Below are positions 23,320 through 32,000 of a stretch of 32,000 nt of DNA, in pieces. A model generated the notes under the pieces. The model searched no databases. It had not been told where the DNA came from and was given only the letters and a program-made list of their open reading frames with translations. The DNA comes from Zygophlyctis sp. KS116. Its lineage: Eukaryota; Fungi; Chytridiomycota. Location: the NCBI GenBank assembly GCA_054661495.1, contig BAAFSQ010000100.1, positions 1,064 to 33,063 on the forward strand. Reading direction: 5' to 3'. Made by a program: the position numbers and the translations under genes. Positions within the stretch are counted from its first letter, which is position 1; the number at the start of each line of letters is the position of its first letter.

Positions 23320-24020
23320 ATGCAACTCATTTCCAAACTCTTCATTATTAGTTATCGTAAGTGTTTCTAATGTTTTAATTGATAGTTATATTCGATAGTT
23401 CTCAACAGCCAAAGGGGACCAGGCCTTCCCCATCTCCGCCAGAATCTCCTCCTCCAGTCTCTGTGTCGCCAGCATCTCCTCCTCCAGTCTCTCCTCCTCC
23501 AGAAACATCACCGGTTATAATAAGGCCATCTCCATCTCCTCCGTCTCCGTCTCCATCTCCTCCTCTCCCATCACCGGTTATTCCATCTCCAACAGATCCT
23601 TCTGATGAACCGGGGACCACTTTCATTATTGTTACCGACAACGACGGAAGTTCACCAGTTGTTAGAACTGTAATACTCCCACAATCTACTCCAACTTCTA
23701 AAGTAAATAATACAGCCTCGAAAAGCTCTTCTGAAGCCAGTAATTCTTCCAATGTGGCATTGGGAGCTGGTTTAGCAGTTGGAATTCTGTGTCTAGCGAT
23801 ACTTGGAATTTGGATTTTCAAAAAGCAAGTTTCTAAATCGGAAGAGTTTAAGAATAGACTCAACAGACCGGGATCACCGCCACCTGCTGCTTATGAGAAA
23901 AGTATTCCTTCGAATGGGAGTGCAGAATTGGAACGACAGCAACCATTTGGAGGATATGATGCGGACTCTTTTGAATATAACGCTAATCCAGAAGGCAAAC
24001 CGAAATATGCACTATTTTAG
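23320..24020 (+). CDS. Mucin-like Pro/Ser-rich type I membrane protein, copy B
   Basis: ATG 23320, 29-nt intron at 23357-23385 joins to ORF 23379-24020. SPSPP repeats, TM helix VALGAGLAVGILCLAILGIWIF, tail with GYDADSF. Confidence 0.8.
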
Positions 24021-24185
24021 TGAATCAATAAATTCTCTCAACTTGAAATTCTTAATGATCCATTGAGGACAAACAATCCATTGAGTAATAAACTAGACGT
24101 TTAAACATTATGAGACTTATCCTGAGAAACTTAATTATGGATTATCATGCGACTTTCAGCATGAACAAGCTGCTTTTGATACAAA

Positions 24186-25247
24186 ATGATGCAGGAGTTA
24201 AACAAGTGGAACAATGCTAAATGGAAATATTGGACTTTGACTATTAAAGATTGTAATTGGAAACCTCCTGGAAGAATTGAAAAACTCTCAAATATAAAAT
24301 ATATCAGAGGACAGCTAGAGTTTTCTAAAAGTCAATATCTTTACTGGAAAATTGCCATTCAATATTTTGAGCCAACTAGTGTCTCTAACGTAAGAGATCA
24401 GTTTTCAAAGGAAGCGCATGTAGAACCCATATATTCGCAAACTGAATGGAATTATGTCTGGAATGAAAATTCTTTATGTAAGGGGACTCGATTTGAATTG
24501 GGTGATAATTCGGACATGATGAATACAATTTCTGCAAGAAAGTCAGGATCAGAAGTAAATCCATTTGTGGTTGAAACTCAACAAAAATTAGATATCAATG
24601 ATTTGGAAAAAAAACTGATAAATATAGCAGAAAATCTATACTTTCTTCCAAATGAATTCTTGGAAATATTGTGGAATATTGTTCAAAATGTAGAAATTGA
24701 TGAAGTAATCGATGCAACAAATTTGAAAGATTTTGATAAACTATTGGGTGTAGAATCACCAAATATGATTGATCCTTTAAAAACAAATTTTGAAATTCCA
24801 AAGAATCAAGGAAAAGATCAGGATATTCAAGAGCTTGAAAAATTGGTTCAATTAATTCATTCAACAAATTTAGAAGATTATGATGAATTTCTGGAAATGG
24901 AATCTCAAGATATTGCAAAGTCTTTAGGGCTGGTGACTCCTCCTTCAAAGAGAACCATTGGTTTTCCTAAAAATCACGGAAAGAAATGGCAGGTTATAGA
25001 TATTGAAGATTTGGATAAGGATTTAAAATCAGATTTTACTCTTGAAGAAATTGCTCAAAAATTAAATCGGACAAAGAAATCAATTCAAATTAAAACTTGT
25101 GAATGTGCAATCAGATTAATCAATAGTGGAGTTTGTCCTGAAAGGGTGATTCAGCTTTACAAGAATAAGGTTGACATGAAAATGCTAATCGACCATCTGG
25201 TATACAGAAATTTAAGTACAAGTAATAAAAGACCAAAAACAAAATGA
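24186..25247 (+). CDS. CRESS-DNA-virus Rep-derived protein: degenerate HUH endonuclease domain fused to a C-terminal Myb/HTH-like domain (endogenous viral element)
   Basis: aa 15-106 (YWTLTI...YIRGQLE...YLYWK...AHVEP...YVWNENS...GTRFELG) follow the circovirus-like Rep pattern YWxLTI...YIxGQxE...YxHWQ...AHxEP...YVWKEDT...GTxFELG. No Walker A/B. aa 261-312 are PKNHGKKW...LEEIAQKLNRTKKSI. Intronless, 353 aa. Confidence 0.8.
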   Translation: MMQELNKWNNAKWKYWTLTIKDCNWKPPGRIEKLSNIKYIRGQLEFSKSQYLYWKIAIQYFEPTSVSNVRDQFSKEAHVEPIYSQTEWNYVWNENSLCKGTRFELGDNSDMMNTISARKSGSEVNPFVVETQQKLDINDLEKKLINIAENLYFLPNEFLEILWNIVQNVEIDEVIDATNLKDFDKLLGVESPNMIDPLKTNFEIPKNQGKDQDIQELEKLVQLIHSTNLEDYDEFLEMESQDIAKSLGLVTPPSKRTIGFPKNHGKKWQVIDIEDLDKDLKSDFTLEEIAQKLNRTKKSIQIKTCECAIRLINSGVCPERVIQLYKNKVDMKMLIDHLVYRNLSTSNKRPKTK

Positions 25248-25416
25248 TTTAAGTTTTGTATTTAAATCTAAATTTGTGAACTAATTAGTCTCATGTCCGA
25301 ATACTAAATCAGTAGAAAATTATTTAACCTGAAAGAGAAATTTCTCTATCAGCTCATTGTCGGGTGGTGAAATAAATGCCCGATGAGAACAATGCAACAT
25401 TTAAGAAAAAAACAAA

Positions 25417-25774
25417 ATGAAATGGATCATCATTCTCATTAGCTTTTGTAAGATTATCAACATAAAATTAATTATAGTTGTTCTGATAGTTGTTGGCCAA
25501 GCAAATAACACTAGTGTTGCGCCTCCACAAGCTACATCAAACAGCACACCATCCCCAAAGGTAATGATGAATCTTGTCGGACTTAGAACCTCACCATCAA
25601 ACAATACCGCAACATCATCATCGCCAAATGCACCAAGTCCTTTGGTCTGGGGCATTATCATTGGAGTGGGCATACTTCATTTCTGTTGCGATCATACTGT
25701 TTAGAAAATATTCTAACAGGATATCGCAAGAGGGTCGGGTTACATCTGTTAGGCTCCTATCAGAGCTAAATTAA
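25417..25774 (+). pseudogene. Degenerate duplicate of the mucin-like gene at 26450 (copy C): proline repeats missing, frameshift in the TM helix
   Basis: Upstream region and first ~110 coding bp nearly identical to 26400-26560 (offset 1033), with the same 30-nt intron (25448-25477). The TM helix starts in one frame (LVWGIIIGVGIL) and continues in another (FISVAIILFRK). Confidence 0.65.
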
Positions 25775-25795
25775 TATAGGAATTTAATAGTAAGT

Positions 25796-26257
25796 GGGCG
25801 TATTCGGCGAAAAAAACGCACGCTCGAACTGATTACGATGTACAAATTTGAGCCATGAGTGCTTCCAATGATTAAAGAACAGCTCTGACAGACCGCATTA
25901 CAGCCCAAAAAAGTGATGAAAATATTGATTTGACAGAGGAAATTCTTAAACTGAATAACTTGTAGTTTTCTCAAAGAAGGAAGTATATATAGCTGAATTT
26001 ATGCTCATAGATGTTTTCGAGGGAAGAGATATGATCGGACTTAGAAGTGGGAATGGTTCGGTGAATGATAGAACAATTGGGGCAGCAGCTTGGGGAAATC
26101 TTAAACGTTCTGAACAAAAAGAATGGGAACAAAAGGAATTATTTTATAACTTATTGGTAGAAGAAGTAGCTATGATTCATTAAATTTCATACATCTCCAA
26201 TACACACAAAATCATGGGTTAGTTCGAGCGTCACATTTTATTCGCCGAAATCCGCCC
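25796..26257. mobile_element. Putative non-autonomous TIR element (462 bp) carrying a decayed ORF
   Basis: Left end GGGCGTATTCGGCGAAAAAAACGCACGCTCGAACT (25796-25830) matches the reverse complement of 26221-26257, GGGCGGATTTCGGCGAATAAAATGTGACGCTCGAACT. No clear target-site duplication and no transposase. Confidence 0.6.
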
Positions 26258-26449
26258 TTGACTGGGGTTTTTGGTTTTTGTTGTGGTTCCTATATATTCA
26301 AATGTATAAATAAGATGGTTGTTATCGTATTTGAAACTTTTCATCTTAAGCCTATTTTAAATTCATGATGAAAAATTCAACCAACGGATGCATTGTTTAG
26401 TGAAATAAATGCCCGATGAGAACAATGCAACATCTAAAAAATAAACAAA

Positions 26450-27220
26450 ATGAAATGGATCATCATTCTCATTAGCTTTTGTAAGATCATCAACATAAAA
26501 TTAATTATAGTCACTTTGATAGTTGTTGGCCAAGGAAATAACACTAGTGTTGCGCCTCCACAAACTTCACCTCCACCAGCAACCTCCAGCCCGCCTCAAC
26601 CACCACCTCCTCCTCCGCCTCCACCAACATCATCCATTCAACCACCTCCTCCTCCGCCTCCACCAACATCATCCATTCAACCACCTCCTCCTCCGCCCCC
26701 ACCAACATCATCCATTCAACCACCACCTCCTCCGCCTCCACCAACATCATCCAACCCTCCACCGACATCTGCTCCACGACCTTCTTCAACTCCTGCCTCC
26801 AGTCGGACGAATTCTGGTCAACAGGGTACTACTACTATGACTGATTTAACAACTTCTACAACTTCTACAACTTCACCATCTTCAACATCAAACCAAGCCT
26901 CATCATCGTCATCAAATGCTTTGATCGTGGGAATTTCAATCGGATTAGTTTTACTTGTCCTAGCAGTTGTTGGAATTATGATTTTTAGAAATGGAATGAA
27001 TGGATTATCTAAAGCTGGTAATGATTCTGAATCTCAAGGCCATGAATTGACTCCAGTACAGTACCAGCGTCAACAGGCGTCAACACCGATAAGAGAAGGC
27101 AGTTTTCAGTCTCAACCCGCACAGACACCACCGAATGGTTATAATGCTGATTATTTTGATTCACAAGGAAATTTCAGTTATGATTCACCTCGAGCTAGAA
27201 ATACTGGCGCATATTTATGA
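26450..27220 (+). CDS. Mucin/extensin-like polyproline type I membrane protein, copy D
   Basis: Signal peptide completed by removing an in-frame 30-nt intron at 26481-26510 (MKWIIILISFFTLIVVGQ). Polyproline repeats, Ser/Thr stalk, TM helix ALIVGISIGLVLLVLAVVGIMIF, tail with GYNADYF. Confidence 0.85.
   Translation: MKWIIILISFCKIINIKLIIVTLIVVGQGNNTSVAPPQTSPPPATSSPPQPPPPPPPPPTSSIQPPPPPPPPTSSIQPPPPPPPPTSSIQPPPPPPPPTSSNPPPTSAPRPSSTPASSRTNSGQQGTTTMTDLTTSTTSTTSPSSTSNQASSSSSNALIVGISIGLVLLVLAVVGIMIFRNGMNGLSKAGNDSESQGHELTPVQYQRQQASTPIREGSFQSQPAQTPPNGYNADYFDSQGNFSYDSPRARNTGAYL
26600..26755 (+). repeat. 39-bp coding minisatellite, about 4 copies (QPPPPPPPPTSSI)
   Basis: caaccacctcctcctccgcctccaccaacatcatccatt repeated with few substitutions. 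Confidence 0.9.
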
Positions 27221-27317
27221 TCAGCTACTTTAACTATTAAATAAATTTTCTGATAACAATGATATTATTATTTCTAGTGCATTGGCGGATGTATTCATTA
27301 TTGTCCAGAAGGGTTTA

Positions 27318-28325
27318 ATGCCAAAGATCCCCATTACAGTATTTACAGGATTTCTAGGAGCTGGAAAGACGTCAATCATTCTTTCTTTGTTGAACTCATT
27401 ACCCAAAGAGTACAAACCAGTTCTACTTAAAAATGAATTTGGAGACGCTAATGGTACCGATTTTTAATAAAAATTAGTTGATAGTAGACTGGCAAACGAA
27501 CAAAATATTAAGGTTTCTGAAATGATTAATGGCTGCTTGTGCTGTGTTTTGGTCGGTCAAATGAAGAATGCGCTTTATGATCTAAAGGAATTAAGTCCTG
27601 ATCGGATCATTATCGAAACTTCAGGATCTGCATTCCCTGCTCCTATCGCTTGGCAAATAAGAGAGTTGGAAGACGACTTTGTATTAGATGCAATTATAAC
27701 TGTGATTGACGTTGTATCATTTACTGGATATTCGGACACAAGTTATACAGGTATTAGAGAAACTATTTGACTCACTTTAGCACGACTGCAAGCTCAGTAT
27801 ACAGATCTGATCATTATGAACAAGCATGAACTAGTCACAGAAAGAGAATTTGATTTAGTTTTAGATTCTGTCAACGATTTAAATTTGGACACCCCAAAAG
27901 TAAAGTTTAGTCTAAAAGATGGGATATCTTCTGATGTGGTTTTTGGAATAGACACTAAATTATTTGAGCTTGCCAACAGGGAGGAGCAAGCAGTTGAATT
28001 TACGCTGGAAAGAGATCACCACGAAAACGAAGTTGATGTAATTAGAATAAAGTATGACTCAGGACCGGACTGGTCTCAATCAGAATTGGATACGTTTCTT
28101 TCTTCTCTTTCGGTTGAATATTATTATAGAGTCAAAGGCGTGATAAGATTTGGAACTGAAGTCTATATTCTCAATTGGGCTTTTGGGAGATATTCGTTAA
28201 CGCAAGCTACAAAAACTTTTAGTGAAATCTCAAAAGTGCATTTGAATATTATGGGTATAGATCTCAAGAATACAGTTCAAACTTTAGAAAAATCATTCGG
28301 AGCAGGAAACGTAATTCTTATTTAA
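27318..28325 (+). CDS. CobW/COG0523 family metallochaperone GTPase (3 exons)
   Basis: IPITVFTGFLGAGKTS, LKNEFGD, NGCLCC, PDRIIIETSGSA, NKHEL, YRVKG. Introns 27454-27477 and 27751-27780. Confidence 0.92.
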
Positions 28326-29946
28326 CTACTTTCTTTTCCCGCTTCTTGTCCCCCCATCAAACAGGCTATCAGAGCAGCTCCCTGACCTGAACCATCTCGT
28401 GCTATGTTCAAACTATAATATTATATTTACCTTGAGCCAGAACAATGTTCTCAGCCGTTATACCTACAACTTCCCGAAGCGCATCTTTCATTCGATTCGC
28501 ATAATGTGGATAATTAACAAATACACTACCATCAATAGCCACAGTACAATCATTCAATCTATTGATTTTTGTAATAATAGCTGCTATCCCTGCTGCTGCT
28601 AACCTTGCCGAACGAGTTCCGACCAACTAAACAATTATGTTAATAAACTTTACCTCACAAATTCGTTTGACAGCACGACGATCATCAAAAGATGTAAAAG
28701 GAACTTTGAAAAGATCCTCCAAAACTGCCTTTGTGTCTGAAAGTTCCAAGGAATGATCTCTTTCAATTCGTGACATGTGAGACGTGTCTATAGAATTTTT
28801 GGTCTCCAAAACTTTTGATGAACACCCGGAAAACAATTCACCAGTTGATATAAGATCTACAATAACTAGTCTAACTATTTCTCCCAAATATAGACCCGAA
28901 ATCATCTTTTCAAACCGTTGCTAAATTCAGGCAGATGATTATTACCTCTTTTGGATGAGCAGATTCTCTATCCAATTGTAAATCATAAGGTGTAATAGGA
29001 AGTACTACCGATTCATTATCAAAAGCTCCCCATTCCATATTCACAATCATTTCCCCAGTTGATGGGTTTGGCCCTTCCCATTTTGGTATCTCTTCAATCC
29101 TTTCTAAATATGCTGCATTAGTTCCAGTACCAATAATTGCACCGATATATGTTGAAGGATCAGCATAAGAATGCGCAATCAGTGCGCCTACAGTATCATT
29201 GACAATTGCAGTAACTTCTACAGACAACCCCTGTCTCGTTAAAGCATCTTGAAGAAGCTTTCCAATATCCTGCCCTTCAACCCCTGATGTATTAAATCCT
29301 TTAGTCCATTGTATAAGATATGCATTCTTTATATTGAACTGCTTGCAAGGAAATGAGAATGTGAATCCCAACTGACGAAAAGAATCTTGTTGTATTCCAT
29401 TTTCTACAAAGAAATCAACGATTGATGCAGCAAAAAAATCAAACAAATCCTCACCTTTCCCAGTTCGTAATTTTTCTGATACAACAAACTTCTTTTGTAG
29501 CATTCGGACTATAATTGAGCGTAAAACAACTTACCAGAACCATTTCCTTCGAGATTAACTTCGCAAACTCTAAAATTCGTTCCGCCAAGATCCAAAGCCA
29601 AATAAAGACCTTTTTCCTGTCCAGTTGCTCTTCGTATTACATGAGATGGAATCATCCTGAGTGTAGAGTCAGGAAAGCTCAATCCCCGCACCATTTCTTT
29701 CACAAAATGCTTGACCATTTCATGAAGTTTGGATGTAGGAACTGACAGCAGAGATTCAAGTCGGGTCAGTGTGTCTTCATTGATACTTCCTCTGGACCGA
29801 CGTGTTGAAGTCGAGCGATGTTTCGATGCGTTATTGACATCTTCAGTTTTGGTAGATTTTAAAACACTCAATAAAAACACAGCGGTTGAGGCTATTACAA
29901 TACCTGTAGTAACACCAAACATAAAGTTGAGTCTATCATTGTTCAT
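28322..29946 (-). CDS. HXK: Hexokinase with N-terminal hydrophobic anchor (5 exons)
   Basis: LRMIPSHV, LALDLGGTNFRV, LGFTFSFPC, WTKGF, VNDTVG, IIGTGTNAAY, NMEWGAFD, FEKMISGLYLGEI, DGSV, DGSGQGAAL. Introns 29509-29534, 28921-28945, 28627-28653, 28402-28430. Confidence 0.95.
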
Positions 29947-32000
29947 TTAAAGCTTTCAATCCGAACCCAAGCCCAGTGGGCGTCGTCAATGTTCCTAGCG
30001 CTCGTCTCCATTTTCGACTCATCATATTTAAACCAATCTGAAAAGATGCATTCATCCATCCAAATCCTTCCTTGACGACATACTTAAAGTCAGCACCGAC
30101 ATTCCCATATTCTACATCAACTTTGTGTGTCATGTTTACAATATCAAACTTTTCAGGAATGACTCCATTAAAGTCAAAAAAGGCTTTTGTGAGCGTATAT
30201 AACCAACGATAAGCTACACGATGTGCATCCTCAGTAAATCCATAATTTAAAAGGCCGTTCCAAGCTAAAATCTAAGGTTAAAAATCAATGATAATTACTT
30301 GATGTGGAGCCCATCCAAACGGATAATCCCACCTAAAATTTATCTAAAATATAAATTACTGTCGATTTGGTCTATCTACTCCTATTCTACCTCGAGATCT
30401 TTCAGTCCCAGAAACTAGACCACCTTCAACTTCGAAAAGAGAAAGTGCCACAGGTACCATTTTTTCAGCTTGTTCTTTACTAGCTACATTTGACCAAAGG
30501 GCCCAAAAGCATGTTACTGATTCATACTTTATTTGCTCTTTTTTAGAAGTGTCATAGTCAAAATATAAGGACTTTTCAGGATTCCAGAGGTATAAATCGA
30601 TCTGATCTTTAGACTTTTTTGATAATTGTGAGAATAATGATGAATGCAAATAAACCGTAAAATAATTATCTCCGCTTGGGCCTTCTTCCATCAATACTAG
30701 TTCAAATTCCTTCTGATGGTATCCATGGCGGTAATCCTCGTCTGCATCATCATCAAATACCTTTATTCCTTTTGCCCAAGATGAATCCCAGTTTCCGTGA
30801 TTTCCTATAGAGCCAGTGACTCCCTTTTCACGTATCATTTTTTCCCACACTTTGTAAGATTCTAAATAGATATCGTCTTTGCCTTTACGAACATGCAGCT
30901 TAATAGAGCTATCAAAATGTTTCGATAGTATAGCTGAAATATCAGTTTCATACTTAAACACTAAACTGTTAAGATCTATAGTTGCCAGATATGCACAGAC
31001 TTTTTCAAATCGATATGTTGTGTCATGACCACTTTCTCGAACTATTAGTTAAGATGATATTACAAATAAATTTACCTGCTCGATCATGAATGAAATAATC
31101 GTCGAGATCTGGCTCAATGATCTCATTATTATAGTACATTTCCTTGAACCTTTCAATATCTACATTGTGCTTTTTAGCAAAAGGTTCCATGATATGATTA
31201 AAATGAGTAGATTCAGTCTCCACAGGCATGCCTAAGCATAAGAAAAATAAGACTACGCACCTATTCCTTCTGGATGGTATTTAGAAAGGCCTGTTTCTGC
31301 ATCTATTCGAGCTCCCGCCTTCCAAACACTAAATAATTCTTTAATACTTGCACGAAGCCCACGAAGAAGCCACAGATTACATTTTAGAGCCGGCCAATTA
31401 TCTTTTACTCGCAAGGACTGTAAAGTTTTTAAAATCATATCTGTTAAAAATGGAGGTTGACTTCTTGTCAAATAGTAAGACCTATTTGCATTTAAAATCT
31501 TTCCATAATGTTCAATTTCTATTTGTTAAACCCAACAAGGAAAACACTTCTTACCATAAAAGAAATTCTCAGTCATTGACCGTGCCAACTCTATTCTCCC
31601 ATCAACCAACAACCCCAAAGCCTCAAAATAAGAGTCCCATCCATACATTTCATTAAATCTACCACCAGGAACTACAAAAGGCAAACCTCTTAGTATAGTT
31701 TTCTGAGATTTATGATCAAATTCTTCTCTTAAAGAGAGAGATAAAATCCCTGGGTGATGATCAATAGATTTCACGTAAGCTTGAGTTATTGTTTCTGGAA
31801 GCTGAATCACATCCAAATTCAAATGAGGACGATCTTTTGCTACATCTTTATAGTAATTTAGAGCAATAGAATCATAAAAAGGTACGTAAATCCTATTCTG
31901 ATTATCAACTGATCTATTTTTCGGATCCAAACATATCGTTTCTAGTCCTGTAGCATCAATACGCCTAGTCTTTTATTAGTAAATCCAATAATTTACCAAT
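29936..32000 (-). CDS. NTH1: Neutral trehalase, GH37 (5' end outside the window)
   Basis: LTRRID, PFVVPGGRFNEMYGWDSYF, EIEHYGKILNANR, RSQPPFLTDM, RESGHDTTYRF, RQWDYPFGWAPHQ, EYGNVG, EGFGWMNAS. Introns 31970-31996, 31519-31554, 31232-31260, 31042-31075, 30333-30359, 30272-30298. Confidence 0.95.

Noticed and set aside
24020-25370. Complete integrated CRESS genome or Helitron
   Set aside because: No capsid ORF, no NANTATTAC stem-loop found by eye (GTTTATTAC near 24085-24093 lacks a stem), no helicase and no Helitron-type termini.
26600-26755. CRISPR-like array
   Set aside because: Contiguous coding minisatellite without unique spacers, in a eukaryotic gene.
22586-26840. Antisense or alternative-frame ORFs over the mucin genes (22586-22852, 23402-23863, 26523-26840, 26544-26789) and similar shadows elsewhere
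   Set aside because: Shadows of low-complexity or well-supported coding sequence with no independent motifs.
1349-31996. Selection for in-frame stops in 3n introns (13 of 17 contain one)
   Set aside because: A rough estimate for AT-rich 8-12-codon introns already gives around 60% by chance, and the sample is too small.
811-32000. Fragmented ORFs suggesting pseudogenes, frameshifting or stop-codon reassignment
   Set aside because: Nearly every break is resolved by a 23-36-nt GT-AG intron restoring conserved motifs, and TAA, TAG and TGA all serve as true stops.

Overview
AT-rich, very gene-dense eukaryotic DNA, most likely from a zoosporic (chytrid-type) fungus: it has fungal-type neutral trehalase, carboxypeptidase Y and Ysh1 together with the tubulin detyrosinase vasohibin. 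The fragmented ORF track is explained by about 49 ultra-short GT-AG introns (23-36 nt, mostly 25-28 nt), which I reconstructed by hand from restored reading frames and conserved motifs. The window holds about 22 protein-coding genes and one tRNA-Leu(CAG). Main points of interest: (1) an intact, intronless gene whose N-terminus is a CRESS ssDNA-virus Rep HUH-nuclease domain with altered catalytic motifs, lacking the SF3 helicase and fused to a Myb/HTH-like domain, inside an unstable cluster of mucin-like single-pass membrane protein genes that also holds a TIR-bounded element; (2) neutral trehalase whose last codons overlap the start of a membrane-anchored hexokinase on the same strand, an operon-like pairing; (3) two tandem GH5 endoglycoceramidase-like genes sharing a 470-bp identical tract; (4) minimal introns with an apparent length floor of about 23 nt. 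All family assignments come from motif recognition by eye, not from database searches.
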